A program made the translations under genes and the position numbers. A stretch of DNA of 26,125 bases, from the IMG/VR virus record IMGVR_UViG_3300025382_000784, positions 1-26,125 of that record. One strand, written 5' to 3'. Within the stretch, counting starts at the first letter, position 1; the number at the start of each line of letters is the position of its first letter. Positions 8,180-17,575 of the stretch are shown piece after piece. The notes under the pieces were generated by a model. The model was not told the DNA's origin. It worked only from the letters and a program-made list of their open reading frames with translations, and did no database searches. This DNA comes from a virus. Lineage: Duplodnaviria; Caudoviricetes.

Positions 8180-8561
8180 ACTATTCAATATGAGTTTAAG
8201 TTATCTATTAGTCAAACCATCTAATACAGTTAAAGAACAATTTCAATCAATTCTAAGTCATTTAGTTGAAGATGTAAATGTTTTTATGTTTGACCAAGAT
8301 GATTACGATATTGATTGGTTATTAAGCATTGCACAGCAAGTAGAAGTTTTAATTATTGATATCGATAATTGCGATCCAATAACCAAATTGTTTGTAACAT
8401 GTTTACTTGCTCATCCGAACAGCCATTACATAACAATGGACGACTTAGTTCCTTATAAATTGATAAGTAAAAATCGCATATATAATTTAGATTGGCTAGC
8501 CGAACAAATTAAAAATGCAACTGAACAACAAGACGAAGACGATGATACACAAGAAGAATAA
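8139..8561 (+). CDS. Hypothetical protein, alpha/beta pattern, acidic tail
   Basis: ORF track 8124-8561; first ATG at 8139. Confidence 0.7.
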   Translation: MNLGRITLITPPDKLFNMSLSYLLVKPSNTVKEQFQSILSHLVEDVNVFMFDQDDYDIDWLLSIAQQVEVLIIDIDNCDPITKLFVTCLLAHPNSHYITMDDLVPYKLISKNRIYNLDWLAEQIKNATEQQDEDDDTQEE

Positions 8562-8775
8562 AGGTACTGGCATTACTGTAAAGGATGGTGAAAATATTAA
8601 TGTTTCTCTACGACGATTTAAACGAAAAATTGAAGAAGCTGGAACTTTAGAAACCTTACGTGCCAAAGAATTCTACGAAAAACCAACAACTGAACGCAAA
8701 CGTAAAAAAGGTGCCGCCAAAGCACGTTGGAATAAAAAACTTCGCGATCAACAATTACCACCAAAACTCTATTGA
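8542..8775 (+). CDS. rpsU: Ribosomal protein bS21
   Basis: [19 protein letters not shown]...[14 protein letters not shown] is the bS21 signature; start may be 8515 or 8542. Confidence 0.93.
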   Translation: MIHKKNKGTGITVKDGENINVSLRRFKRKIEEAGTLETLRAKEFYEKPTTERKRKKGAAKARWNKKLRDQQLPPKLY

Positions 8776-8800
8776 CACATTGAATTGAAGGTGTTATAAT
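8772..8800 (+). promoter_or_regulatory. Consensus sigma70 promoter, likely leaderless transcript
   Basis: TTGACA 8772-8777, 17 nt, TGn-TATAAT 8795-8800; ATG at 8807. Confidence 0.9.
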
Positions 8801-8806
8801 GTTAGT

Positions 8807-9388
8807 ATGAATACCGACATTATGATAGATTTGGAGACTCTAAATACAACTCCCGACGCGGCTATCTTAACAATTGGTGCTGTAAAATTCGATCCATTTG
8901 GTTCCGAAGTTAAAGAACCAAAAATGGATAGTTTTTATTGTAAAGTAGATTTAGATAGTTGTGATCGTATTGGATTAACTACTAACGATGATACAATCGC
9001 TTGGTGGGCTAATCAAAGCAAAGAGGCACAAGAAGCTGCCTTTGACCCCGAAGGAAGAATTGATATAGAAGATGCATTTGCACAACTATACAAATTCTGC
9101 TGGGGTGCTAAACGTGTTTGGTCAAATGGTAGTTGTTTTGATATTATCATTTGCGAACATGTATTCCGTAAAATTAATCGTGCTATCCCTTGGAAGTTTT
9201 GGGAAGTGCGAGATGTACGTACAGCATTTGATTTAGGAATTAATCCACAACGCCCGCCAGTTACGGCCCACCATGCTTTAGAGGATGCGTGGAACCAGGC
9301 AGTAGGCATTCAAAATGTCTATAACACACTACGTACTAGTACAACAACAGAAGGCAAATATATTGCCCCATTTGCAAATCAGAGGTAA
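8807..9388 (+). CDS. DEDDh 3'-5' exonuclease (DUF5051/Rv2179c-like)
   Basis: MIDLETL, IGAVKFD, TIAWW, WSNGSCFD, RDVRT, HHALEDA. Confidence 0.9.
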   Translation: MNTDIMIDLETLNTTPDAAILTIGAVKFDPFGSEVKEPKMDSFYCKVDLDSCDRIGLTTNDDTIAWWANQSKEAQEAAFDPEGRIDIEDAFAQLYKFCWGAKRVWSNGSCFDIIICEHVFRKINRAIPWKFWEVRDVRTAFDLGINPQRPPVTAHHALEDAWNQAVGIQNVYNTLRTSTTTEGKYIAPFANQR

Positions 9389-9389
9389 T

Positions 9390-9560
9390 ATGATTAAAAT
9401 TAAAAAATCCAACGATATTTGGTGGGAAATAACTGAATGGAATTGCAACAACAACTACATCGTTGAAATGGAGGATGGCGAAAAATGGTTCACAGCTACT
9501 CCTTGTAATTCTAAAGCCCAATTTTTATTTTCATTAACATTCTCAGAATATATTTTATGA
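9390..9560 (+). CDS. Small hypothetical protein (56 aa)
   Basis: GAGG RBS before ATG 9390; stop overlaps next ATG (ATGA). Confidence 0.55.
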   Translation: MIKIKKSNDIWWEITEWNCNNNYIVEMEDGEKWFTATPCNSKAQFLFSLTFSEYIL

Positions 9561-9841
9561 ACAGTCAAACTAAAGAAGTAATGGACATTCTCCAAGAAGA
9601 GTGCGCAGAAGTTATACAAGCGATAAGTAAAATCAGCCGCTTTGGACTTGATAATTTTAAACCAGGAAAACCCAAAACTAATAGGGAACACTTGGAAGAA
9701 GAGTTAGGCGATTTAATGGCTATGATAGATATTCTACAACAACTGGACATTGTTAGCTATACTAATATTGAACTAGCTAGTCAGGCTAAAGTAGAAAAAC
9801 TTAAAAAATGGTCAAATATTTTCAACGAAAATATTTCTTGA
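9557..9841 (+). CDS. MazG-like NTP pyrophosphohydrolase
   Basis: LQEECAEVIQAISK...LEEELGDL motif. Confidence 0.8.
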   Translation: MNSQTKEVMDILQEECAEVIQAISKISRFGLDNFKPGKPKTNREHLEEELGDLMAMIDILQQLDIVSYTNIELASQAKVEKLKKWSNIFNENIS

Positions 9842-9855
9842 GAGATAAATAATTA

Positions 9856-9930
9856 CGTGCTGAAACGCCGTAAGGGTTTAGTACATAGGGCATGGTGCCC
9901 GAATTTACTTGCTTAATTAAGGAGAAAATT
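9856..9930 (+). promoter_or_regulatory. Structured 5' UTR of dnaK, ROSE-like thermometer candidate
   Basis: Two hairpins (GTAA loop; GGGCA-TGG-TGCCC) then TTGCT 9909-9913 opposite AAGGAG 9919-9924. Confidence 0.55.
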
Positions 9931-11826
9931 ATGAGCAAAATCATCGGTATCGATTTAGGTACAACAAATAGCTGTGTGGCAATCTTAGAAAACGGAGTTG
10001 CTAAAGTAATTGAAAACAGCGAGGGTGCTAGAACAACACCATCAATCATTGCGTATACAGATAAAGAAATTTTAGTAGGCGCAACAGCAAAACGACAAGC
10101 AGTCACAAACCCAAAGAATACAATTTACGCAAGTAAGCGTTTAATCGGACGTAAGTTCGAAGAACAAGCTGTGCAAAAAGACATCGACTTGATGCCATAC
10201 ACTATTATCAAAGCTGATAACGGTGATGCATGGATCGAAGCTAACGGCGAAAAGCTAGCACCACAACAAGTGTCAGCAGAAGTTCTACGCAAGATGAAAA
10301 AGACTGCCGAAGACTATCTAGGCGAAACAGTAACACAAGCGGTTATTACTGTACCAGCTTACTTTAACGATAGCCAACGTCAAGCAACTAAAGATGCAGG
10401 ACAAATTGCTGGTTTAGAAGTTCTACGTATTATTAATGAACCAACAGCGGCCGCACTAGCATACGGTGTTGATAAGGCAGATAAACGTGATCGTAAGATT
10501 GCTGTATATGACTTAGGTGGTGGTACATTTGATATTTCAATTATTGAAATTGCCAACATCGATGGTGATAAACAAATCGAAGTACTTGCTACTAACGGTG
10601 ATACATTCCTAGGCGGTGAAGATTTTGACCAAGCTATTATGGATCACTTGGTAGCAGAATTTAAGAAAGAAAATGGTATTGATCTTAAGACAGACGTACT
10701 GGCATTGCAACGTTTAAAAGAAGCCGCAGAAAAGGCCAAGATTGAATTGTCCAGCGCCGCAAGCACTACAGTTAATCTGCCATACGTTACAGCAGATGCA
10801 ACCGGTCCTAAGCACATGAACGTAACAATTAGCCGTAGCAAGTTTGAAGCTATGGTCGAAGCATTGATTCAACGTTCAATTGAGCCATGCAAAACATGTA
10901 TGTCCGATGCTAAAGTTACAGCCGCAGACATTGACGAAGTTATCCTAGTTGGTGGACAAACACGTATGCCAGCAGTACAAGCCGCAGTTGAAAAATTGTT
11001 TGGCAAGGCTCCACGTAAGGATGTTAATCCAGATGAAGCGGTTGCCGCAGGTGCCGCAGTACAAGGTGCTGTTCTAGCAGGCGACAAGACAGACGTATTG
11101 TTGTTAGACGTTACACCATTGACCTTGGGTATTGAAACAATGGGCGGTGTGTTTACCAAGTTGATTGCTAAGAACACAACTATCCCAACTAAACACAGCC
11201 AAACATTTAGTACAGCAGATGATAATCAACCAGCTGTTACAATTAAAGTAGCACAAGGTGAACGTGATTTGTTCAAGTACAATAAATTGCTTGGCGAATT
11301 CAATCTAGAAGGTATTGATCCTGCTCCACGCGGCATGCCACAAATTGAAGTTACACTTGACATCGATGCTAACGGCATTTTGAATGTTAGTGCAACTGAT
11401 AAGAAAACTGGTAAGGCTAACAAGATTACCATTAAGAGTGATTCAGGACTAAGCAAAGAAGATATCGAGCGTATGATTGCAGAAGCGGAAGCCAATGCTG
11501 AATCGGATAAGAAAGCCGCAGAATTAATCAACGCACGTAATAGCGCAGAAAGTCAATTGCACTCAATGGGCAAAGATTTTGATACGTACAAGGATCAAAT
11601 CACCGACGAAGAAAAGACTGCATATGAAACAGCAGTCACTAGCGCACGTGATGCGATTGCAGGAGAAGATATCGAAGCTATCAATTCTAGCATGAGCAAA
11701 TTGTTTGAATCAGCAGGCCCAATCTTAACTAAGAAACAAGCCGCTGAAACAGCGCAAGCAACTGATACAACCGGTGCACAACCTGCAGAAGGCCAAACAG
11801 TTGATGCGGCGTTCAAAGAAGTTTGA
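9931..11826 (+). CDS. dnaK: Chaperone DnaK (Hsp70)
   Basis: [38 protein letters not shown]; true start 9931 after AAGGAG. Confidence 0.98.
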   Translation: MSKIIGIDLGTTNSCVAILENGVAKVIENSEGARTTPSIIAYTDKEILVGATAKRQAVTNPKNTIYASKRLIGRKFEEQAVQKDIDLMPYTIIKADNGDAWIEANGEKLAPQQVSAEVLRKMKKTAEDYLGETVTQAVITVPAYFNDSQRQATKDAGQIAGLEVLRIINEPTAAALAYGVDKADKRDRKIAVYDLGGGTFDISIIEIANIDGDKQIEVLATNGDTFLGGEDFDQAIMDHLVAEFKKENGIDLKTDVLALQRLKEAAEKAKIELSSAASTTVNLPYVTADATGPKHMNVTISRSKFEAMVEALIQRSIEPCKTCMSDAKVTAADIDEVILVGGQTRMPAVQAAVEKLFGKAPRKDVNPDEAVAAGAAVQGAVLAGDKTDVLLLDVTPLTLGIETMGGVFTKLIAKNTTIPTKHSQTFSTADDNQPAVTIKVAQGERDLFKYNKLLGEFNLEGIDPAPRGMPQIEVTLDIDANGILNVSATDKKTGKANKITIKSDSGLSKEDIERMIAEAEANAESDKKAAELINARNSAESQLHSMGKDFDTYKDQITDEEKTAYETAVTSARDAIAGEDIEAINSSMSKLFESAGPILTKKQAAETAQATDTTGAQPAEGQTVDAAFKEV

Positions 11827-11851
11827 CACACAGACAGACTAGTAGTATAAT
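11823..11851 (+). promoter_or_regulatory. Consensus sigma70 promoter for small Hsp
   Basis: TTGACA 11823-11828, 17 nt, TATAAT 11846-11851. Confidence 0.9.
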
Positions 11852-11856
11852 AAACG

Positions 11857-11913
11857 TGTAGGGTGCCCATGGTGGGGCCCTACAGAGTTCTTGCTTAATA
11901 TAAGGAGACCAAA
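11857..11913 (+). promoter_or_regulatory. ROSE-like RNA thermometer candidate in small Hsp 5' UTR
   Basis: GC-rich hairpin TGTAGGG...CCCTACA then TTGCT 11891-11895 opposite AAGGAG 11902-11907. Confidence 0.6.
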
Positions 11914-12342
11914 ATGTCACAAATGCAACTAAGAACTATTAACCCAGCTGACTTAGCACAGATCAGCAGAGCCCTTGTAGGATTTGATCAATATTTCAAT
12001 AATCCTCGATTACAAAACAGCAACTATCCTCCACACAATATTGTGAAGTTTAGTGATAGTGAATATGCTATCGAAGTAGCAGTAGCAGGGTTCAGTAAAG
12101 AAGAAATCACAGTAGAAGTAGACCAAGACCAACTTGTTGTTCGCGGTACTCAAAAAGTTTCAGATGAAACTACTAAAGAGTATTTGCACAAAGGTCTAGC
12201 TAGCCGTGATTTTGAACAAACATGGACTTTAGCAGAGTACATGGAAGTCAAGGATGCAGAAGTCAAGGATGGTATGTTGATTATTAATATTCAACGAATC
12301 ATTCCAGATTCACTAAAGCCAAGACAAATCGAAATTAAATAA
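11914..12342 (+). CDS. Small heat shock protein (Hsp20, IbpA-like)
   Basis: NYPPHNI, IEVAVAGF, YLHKGLASRDF, DGML, C-terminal IEI. Confidence 0.95.
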   Translation: MSQMQLRTINPADLAQISRALVGFDQYFNNPRLQNSNYPPHNIVKFSDSEYAIEVAVAGFSKEEITVEVDQDQLVVRGTQKVSDETTKEYLHKGLASRDFEQTWTLAEYMEVKDAEVKDGMLIINIQRIIPDSLKPRQIEIK

Positions 12343-12348
12343 TCAACC

Positions 12349-12370
12349 GGGGGAGGAAACTCCCCCTCTT
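12349..12370 (+). terminator. Hairpin, probable intrinsic terminator with weak U tract
   Basis: GGGGGAG-GAAA-CTCCCCC followed by TCTT. Confidence 0.65.
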
Positions 12371-12386
12371 AATAGAAAGAGAAAAC

Positions 12387-12689
12387 ATGTCGACAACTGA
12401 TATCCAATTAGAAGAAAAGATTAAAGTAGTAATCAGTGAACCTAAGCGTTGGAAAGTAATCCTATTGAACGATGATTCCACCCCAATGGAATTTGTAATA
12501 TCATTGTTGATGGAAGTTTTTAGACATAACGAAAACACAGCCCGAGATATCATGCTTCAAATACACGAGCAAGGTAGCGGTGTTGCTGGAACATATAGTT
12601 TTGAAATTGCCGAAGCTAAAGCAGTAGAAGCTACAAATGCGGCAAGAACTAACAACCATCCTTTACAAATTAAATTGGAAGAAGAATGA
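12387..12689 (+). CDS. clpS: ClpS N-degron adaptor
   Basis: KVILLNDDSTPMEFVI, MLQIHEQGSGVAGTYSFEIAEAK, HPL. Confidence 0.95.
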   Translation: MSTTDIQLEEKIKVVISEPKRWKVILLNDDSTPMEFVISLLMEVFRHNENTARDIMLQIHEQGSGVAGTYSFEIAEAKAVEATNAARTNNHPLQIKLEEE

Positions 12690-13237
12690 GTTTACGTGAT
12701 CTCACTAAAGAAGCACATACTAATGCTGAACGTCAGGAATTTGTAAAAATTCTGTTTTCCGGTAACATGGATCCAAAACTCTATGCTACATTTTTAAAGA
12801 ATCAACATCCGTGCTATGAGTTATTAGAAGTATGCGCAATGACACATGGACTACTAAGTGATATGCCCGATGTTCGTAGAGCTCCTTATATTTTAAGTGA
12901 CTTTATGGAACTATGGGGATCCGATAGTACTGAAGCACCAAAGATTTGTCCAGTTGTTCAAGAATACTTAGATCACATAATGAGTATTAAGCATGATCCC
13001 CATAAATTAATGGCACACTTATATGTACGCCATATGGGAGATTTAGCTGGAGGCCAAATGATTGCTAAACGAGTACCTGGTAGTGGTCGTATGTATCAAT
13101 TTGAAAATCCTGAAGAAATTAAAACAGCGATTCGTGCTAAAATTAGTGATGATATGGCAGATGAAGCAAATATATGCTTTGGATTTGCTACCCAACTGTT
13201 TAAAGAAATGTTAGAAATTGCCGATGAACTCAAGTAA
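12686..13237 (+). CDS. Heme oxygenase (biliverdin-producing)
   Basis: TKEAHTNAE proximal His; HLYVRHMGDLAGGQ distal helix signature. Confidence 0.92.
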   Translation: MSLRDLTKEAHTNAERQEFVKILFSGNMDPKLYATFLKNQHPCYELLEVCAMTHGLLSDMPDVRRAPYILSDFMELWGSDSTEAPKICPVVQEYLDHIMSIKHDPHKLMAHLYVRHMGDLAGGQMIAKRVPGSGRMYQFENPEEIKTAIRAKISDDMADEANICFGFATQLFKEMLEIADELK

Positions 13238-13910
13238 AGTTTGGGATACTCTAATAAATATTCAACATTTATTGGAGACTGAGTTTGGCAGGACTGGCAC
13301 TGAAATCTTTGAGCCTGGAATGGATCGCTTCAATCAGCCTGGCTGGATTAATCGTGTATGGAGTTCTGATCTTTATCGCCGTGCTCACGTTGACGTGGTT
13401 GATGCGAGAGATTCAAAAGGACTCTGGATGATGCATTGTTGCATCTTCCCACATACTCACAACCCTGCTCCTATATTTGGCTTTGATGTAATAGCTGGCA
13501 AGAACAAAATAACTGGTTGTTTTCACGATTTCAGTCCAGCAGGCGATACATTCCATCCTATGATTGAATGGTTTGGTTCTGAAGTTGCCAAACTAGAATG
13601 GCGTAAATCACGTGCTTTGCCTGATTGGGCACAGCGTATTTTTACAGAACACATGGTGGCCGCAGGCAATGTTAGCGATGAAGCAGAGTTAGATCAGATT
13701 ACAGAAATGGCTAGAACTACCCTAGCGCATTATTTGGACTCTGTGGGTGAAACTAACCATACTGTAGCAGATACTACCAGTTTCCAAAACTATTATTGCG
13801 ATAATCAAAAACAAAATCCACATACTCCCCGAGTTATGGCTAGCTTGGGTTTAAATGAGGACGATGTACACGCATTCATACAGGAATGTCTCTTCCCTGA
13901 AATAGTATAA
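13224..13910 (+). CDS. Ferredoxin-dependent bilin reductase, PcyA/PcyX-like
   Basis: RRAHVDVVD, MMHCCIFP, PIFGFDVIAG, HDFSP, LPDWAQRIF, QNYYCDNQKQNPHT; adjacent to heme oxygenase. Confidence 0.88.
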   Translation: MNSSKVWDTLINIQHLLETEFGRTGTEIFEPGMDRFNQPGWINRVWSSDLYRRAHVDVVDARDSKGLWMMHCCIFPHTHNPAPIFGFDVIAGKNKITGCFHDFSPAGDTFHPMIEWFGSEVAKLEWRKSRALPDWAQRIFTEHMVAAGNVSDEAELDQITEMARTTLAHYLDSVGETNHTVADTTSFQNYYCDNQKQNPHTPRVMASLGLNEDDVHAFIQECLFPEIV

Positions 13911-13913
13911 ATA
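13906..13913 (+). promoter_or_regulatory. T4-type late promoter TATAAATA
   Basis: Exact TATAAATA, 7 nt before ATG 13921. Confidence 0.7.
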
Positions 13914-13920
13914 TTGTACT

Positions 13921-15597
13921 ATGCATATTTTAGACATTTTATCAGAAGCCAGCCTAGTTTCAGGTGCAAAAAGTTACAGCTACGGCCATGCTGTTCGTCT
14001 CAAGGACAGCCCTACCGCTATGAAAGGCGGAGTACAAAAAATATTAGATGCTGTACCTGGTTTGGAAAACGATGAAAAATTAGAATGGATTGATCCCAAA
14101 TCCGTTAACAAAAAAACAGATGAAATTTATCCAGTAATACTTGGCAGAGGCGGTGATTCATTGTTTTTTAGACGAGCAGACAACTCAGTTCTATTAATAC
14201 AAGGTCCTGTCAAAACAATAGAAGGACTGTTACTACATTACGAATCCTTCAATAGAGGTGATATTGCAGAAGGCTTGTTAGGTGCGGCACTTACTGCGAA
14301 ATTGGTCAAACGTGGCGGCGATAGAATTGGTAAAATTGATATAACCGATATCAAGAATATTTTGAATCAGGCAGTGGCCCGCGGCGATAACACCATGGTT
14401 GTTAGAGTAAATGATAAAAATAGCGAAATTGCTGACAATGTAAATTTTTATTTAAGATTGCCAACCAACAGCATGGCTTTTATTAAAACCCCAGCCAACT
14501 GGGATCGTGTTCAAGATTTGTTCAGCAGTGCTCTAGAATATTGCAACGGTACAGATGCGGAACGTTATAGCAATTATTTTTACCGCAACGGCAAAGTGGA
14601 TGATGTTAGAATTGTCAGTGACGGAGTTGGCGGTTCAAAAGAACGTAAAACTGATGTACAAGCAGTGGTATATGAGACTGACCCCATCACTGGTAAGAAA
14701 ACCAAACGTGATCTAAAAAATGTAGATATCAGTCTCAAAGCTGACAGCGATACTATAGGACAAATGACTTCAGGAGGGTTGCAAGCCAAACCAGATGTGT
14801 GGCTTGCAAATGCCAATGAAATGTTTAATCAATTGGGTGTGAGTGTGGTTATGCCTTTGAAAGGCAAAAATGATATTATATCTTTTTGGAATAATGTATA
14901 TAAACAAGCCTATAATCAATTAAAAACTATTTTGGCTGAATCCAATGCCAACAAAGAAACTGCCATCATAGAGAAAATAGCTGATTTTCTTGAAAAACAA
15001 GGTTCACAACAATTAGATAAAGAAACTAATACATGGAGTGTGAATAAAAATTTAAAACTGCTGAGTTTTAAAGGCGGCACTTATACCATGCACAGTTTTG
15101 CCATATTAAAAAAACAATTGATTAATAAAGGTATCAATTTAGATGTAAAACTTGTGGTTGGAAAAGCCAGCCAGAAACCTAAGATAGTGTTTTTTGATAC
15201 AGGAGCGACTGGTTTAGCCCTTGCAGAAATTAGATATACACAAGGTGCAACAAAATCCAGTAATTATTTCACCAAAGGTCCGTTAATGAGTGAATTAACT
15301 AAAATAGAAAAACATAAACAAGATCCCGGAGAAATTATTGCTCCTCCACCCGCAGATGCAACTCCTCAAAAACCTGTAACAGCACAACCGGTTAAAACTC
15401 CAGCAGGAGCTAAACCGTTAACTATTAAACCAGTTAAACATGATAAGTTCCCACAATGGACTGGACGTCAGCCTACAACTCCAGGACTTGCACCAGTTGG
15501 AACAATATCTGGCACAACTTCAAATATTCCATCATCGAAAAAATCATATGTAGATGAACCGGATGAAATTGTAACAGAAACCAAAAAACGCAAGTAA
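13921..15597 (+). CDS. Large hypothetical protein with Pro/Thr/Lys-rich tail; possible PD-(D/E)xK-like domain
   Basis: 558 aa ORF; NRGDIAEG ... KTDV ... DISLK motif order. Confidence 0.75.
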   Translation: MHILDILSEASLVSGAKSYSYGHAVRLKDSPTAMKGGVQKILDAVPGLENDEKLEWIDPKSVNKKTDEIYPVILGRGGDSLFFRRADNSVLLIQGPVKTIEGLLLHYESFNRGDIAEGLLGAALTAKLVKRGGDRIGKIDITDIKNILNQAVARGDNTMVVRVNDKNSEIADNVNFYLRLPTNSMAFIKTPANWDRVQDLFSSALEYCNGTDAERYSNYFYRNGKVDDVRIVSDGVGGSKERKTDVQAVVYETDPITGKKTKRDLKNVDISLKADSDTIGQMTSGGLQAKPDVWLANANEMFNQLGVSVVMPLKGKNDIISFWNNVYKQAYNQLKTILAESNANKETAIIEKIADFLEKQGSQQLDKETNTWSVNKNLKLLSFKGGTYTMHSFAILKKQLINKGINLDVKLVVGKASQKPKIVFFDTGATGLALAEIRYTQGATKSSNYFTKGPLMSELTKIEKHKQDPGEIIAPPPADATPQKPVTAQPVKTPAGAKPLTIKPVKHDKFPQWTGRQPTTPGLAPVGTISGTTSNIPSSKKSYVDEPDEIVTETKKRK

Positions 15598-15637
15598 TTC
15601 TGCCAAATCAGTTGTAATTTTTGTTAACATGTAGTAT

Positions 15638-15645
15638 TATAAATA
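15638..15645 (+). promoter_or_regulatory. T4-type late promoter TATAAATA
   Basis: Exact TATAAATA, 6 nt before ATG 15652. Confidence 0.7.
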
Positions 15646-15651
15646 CTAGAC

Positions 15652-16023
15652 ATGGAAATTTTCATATTATTACTATTACTTCAAATCAAACATTGCTACG
15701 CTGATTTCGTAATACAAACTTACAAGCAAACGGTGCATAAGGGCATCTATCGTGACCCTATTGGCATCAGCCATAGCGTTGACCATGTCTGGACAAGTCT
15801 AGTAGCATTACTTGTCTTTAGTTTTTTCTATACTACAAATCCTTTTACAATCATGTGGTTATGTATTGCAGAGGGTATACTACACTATCACATCGACTTT
15901 GTCAAAGTTAAGTTTGGCAGTAAAGATCAAACAAAACCTATATTTTGGGCACAGTTTGGTCTTGATCAATTAGCACATCAAGTAACATATTTGTTGATGG
16001 CCGCTCTCTTATTAAAATTATAA
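15652..16023 (+). CDS. DUF3307-like membrane protein
   Basis: KHCYADFVIQ, HSVDH, HYHIDFVK, FGLDQLAHQ in a hydrophobic protein. Confidence 0.8.
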   Translation: MEIFILLLLLQIKHCYADFVIQTYKQTVHKGIYRDPIGISHSVDHVWTSLVALLVFSFFYTTNPFTIMWLCIAEGILHYHIDFVKVKFGSKDQTKPIFWAQFGLDQLAHQVTYLLMAALLLKL

Positions 16024-16033
16024 TATTACTGTC

Positions 16034-16056
16034 GTATTAAAGTACTACTTTAATAC
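16034..16056. repeat. Perfect 11-bp inverted repeat upstream of csgF
   Basis: GTATTAAAGTA-C-TACTTTAATAC. Confidence 0.85.
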
Positions 16057-16097
16057 CGTTCGGATGTACTTAAATAAAGTATAGAGGAGCGAAACTC

Positions 16098-16610
16098 ATG
16101 AAAAAACTACTGGTATTCAGTACTTTCTGCATACTGACTGCAAATTTTGCACACGCAGAATTAGTACAACAATTCAAAGATCCAACATTCAGCGGGAATG
16201 GTTGGGCTACCCAAGTGTTGACTTTACAACAAATGGAAATGAATAATAAAGCTGCCAATCAAAGTAAAGTCGATGCCGCCGCCGCACAGGCTAAAGCTGA
16301 TGCCGCAAATACTCCAATATCTAAATTTATGAGTTTGTTCAGTAGTCAAGTATACAGTCAACTTGCTACACAGTTGAGCAATAATTTATTTTCAACTTGC
16401 AAAGATTCCAGTGGCGCGGCTATTCCAGGATGCAATCCAGCTACAACAGGAACATTTAACGTAGATGCTAACACTACTGTTAACTGGTTCAAAACTGTAA
16501 GTGATCCTGCTTATAACGGACAAAGTAGTGTTACATTAAAAGTAACAAATAAAGCAGACGCTAGTCAAAACACAACATTAACTGTGCCGATTGCCAGTTT
16601 TGCATTTTAA
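16098..16610 (+). CDS. csgF: Curli assembly protein CsgF-like
   Basis: Signal peptide then ELVQQFKDPTFSGNG (compare CsgF FQFxNPxFGGN), SQVYSQLATQL, GTF; precedes csgG. Confidence 0.75.
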   Translation: MKKLLVFSTFCILTANFAHAELVQQFKDPTFSGNGWATQVLTLQQMEMNNKAANQSKVDAAAAQAKADAANTPISKFMSLFSSQVYSQLATQLSNNLFSTCKDSSGAAIPGCNPATTGTFNVDANTTVNWFKTVSDPAYNGQSSVTLKVTNKADASQNTTLTVPIASFAF

Positions 16611-16624
16611 GGAGAGCTAGATAA

Positions 16625-17476
16625 ATGAAAGTATTAAAATTAACAGCACTAGCCCTTGCAATAGCAATGATGGCAGGTTGCAGTACCGTACGCCCATTGG
16701 GTAAAGTAGATATTCAGGATCAACCTACTGTCAGTAAGAATATGACGAAGGAAATTGATCGACTACCGTCACCAGATGGAGCTCCGATTGCTGTAGCTGT
16801 ATACGGATTCAAAGATTTAACAGGGCAACGTAAAAATAGCCAAACACTAAGTTTGTTCAGTACAGCCGTTACACAAGGTGCTGAAGCATACATGATTAAG
16901 ACCCTACAAGAAGCTGGTAATCGTCAATGGTTTACAGTTGTAGAACGTGTTGGCCTAGACAACTTGTTAAAAGAACGTCAAATGATTAAACAAACACGTG
17001 AGATCTATGAAGGACAAAATGCTAAATTATTACCTCCATTAACTATGGCTGGTGTAATTATTGAAGGCGGTATTATTGATTATAATAGTAACGTTCTTAC
17101 AGGTGGTACAGGAGTAGCTGTATTTGGAATTGGTCCGTACACGCAGTATACACAAGATCAAGTTGTCATCAGCTTGAGATTAGTAAGTGTACAAACTGGC
17201 GAGATCTTAACAACAGTAACCATTGAAAAGAACTTATTGAGTACACAAGATGGTATTACAGCATTAAAATTCTTTAATCAAAACACAGACAGTTTTGAAT
17301 TTGATTCAAGCCAAAGTTTCAATGAGCCAGGAAACTATGCATTGCGTAGTGCCATTGAACAAGGTGTTGTTGAATTGATTAAGAAAGGCGAGCGTCAGGG
17401 ACTATGGCGCTTTAAGACTAGTGTTGTAAATCCAACACCTGTTGAAAATCCCACACCTGAAGTGTTGAAAAAATAA
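16625..17476 (+). CDS. csgG: Curli secretion channel lipoprotein CsgG
   Basis: Lipobox MAGC; VAVYGFKDLTGQRK, FSTAVTQGA, WFTVVERVGLDNLLKERQ, IIEGGIIDY, LRLVSVQTGEIL. Confidence 0.95.
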   Translation: MKVLKLTALALAIAMMAGCSTVRPLGKVDIQDQPTVSKNMTKEIDRLPSPDGAPIAVAVYGFKDLTGQRKNSQTLSLFSTAVTQGAEAYMIKTLQEAGNRQWFTVVERVGLDNLLKERQMIKQTREIYEGQNAKLLPPLTMAGVIIEGGIIDYNSNVLTGGTGVAVFGIGPYTQYTQDQVVISLRLVSVQTGEILTTVTIEKNLLSTQDGITALKFFNQNTDSFEFDSSQSFNEPGNYALRSAIEQGVVELIKKGERQGLWRFKTSVVNPTPVENPTPEVLKK

Positions 17477-17575
17477 CAGCGGAGTATTTCTTTTAGATAC
17501 TTCATATTAAATATTTTAGTAAAGGTAGGTTTGTAGAAGTTTATTTGGGTTAATAGCCCGCGGAGAGTAACAAAA

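Noticed and set aside
9892-9930. DnaK start at 9892
   Set aside because: Canonical [10 protein letters not shown] begins at 9931 after AAGGAG; the upstream ATG sits in a hairpin loop
15612-15629. Second Pho box upstream of the DUF3307-like gene
   Set aside because: Second half-site does not match at the 11-nt period
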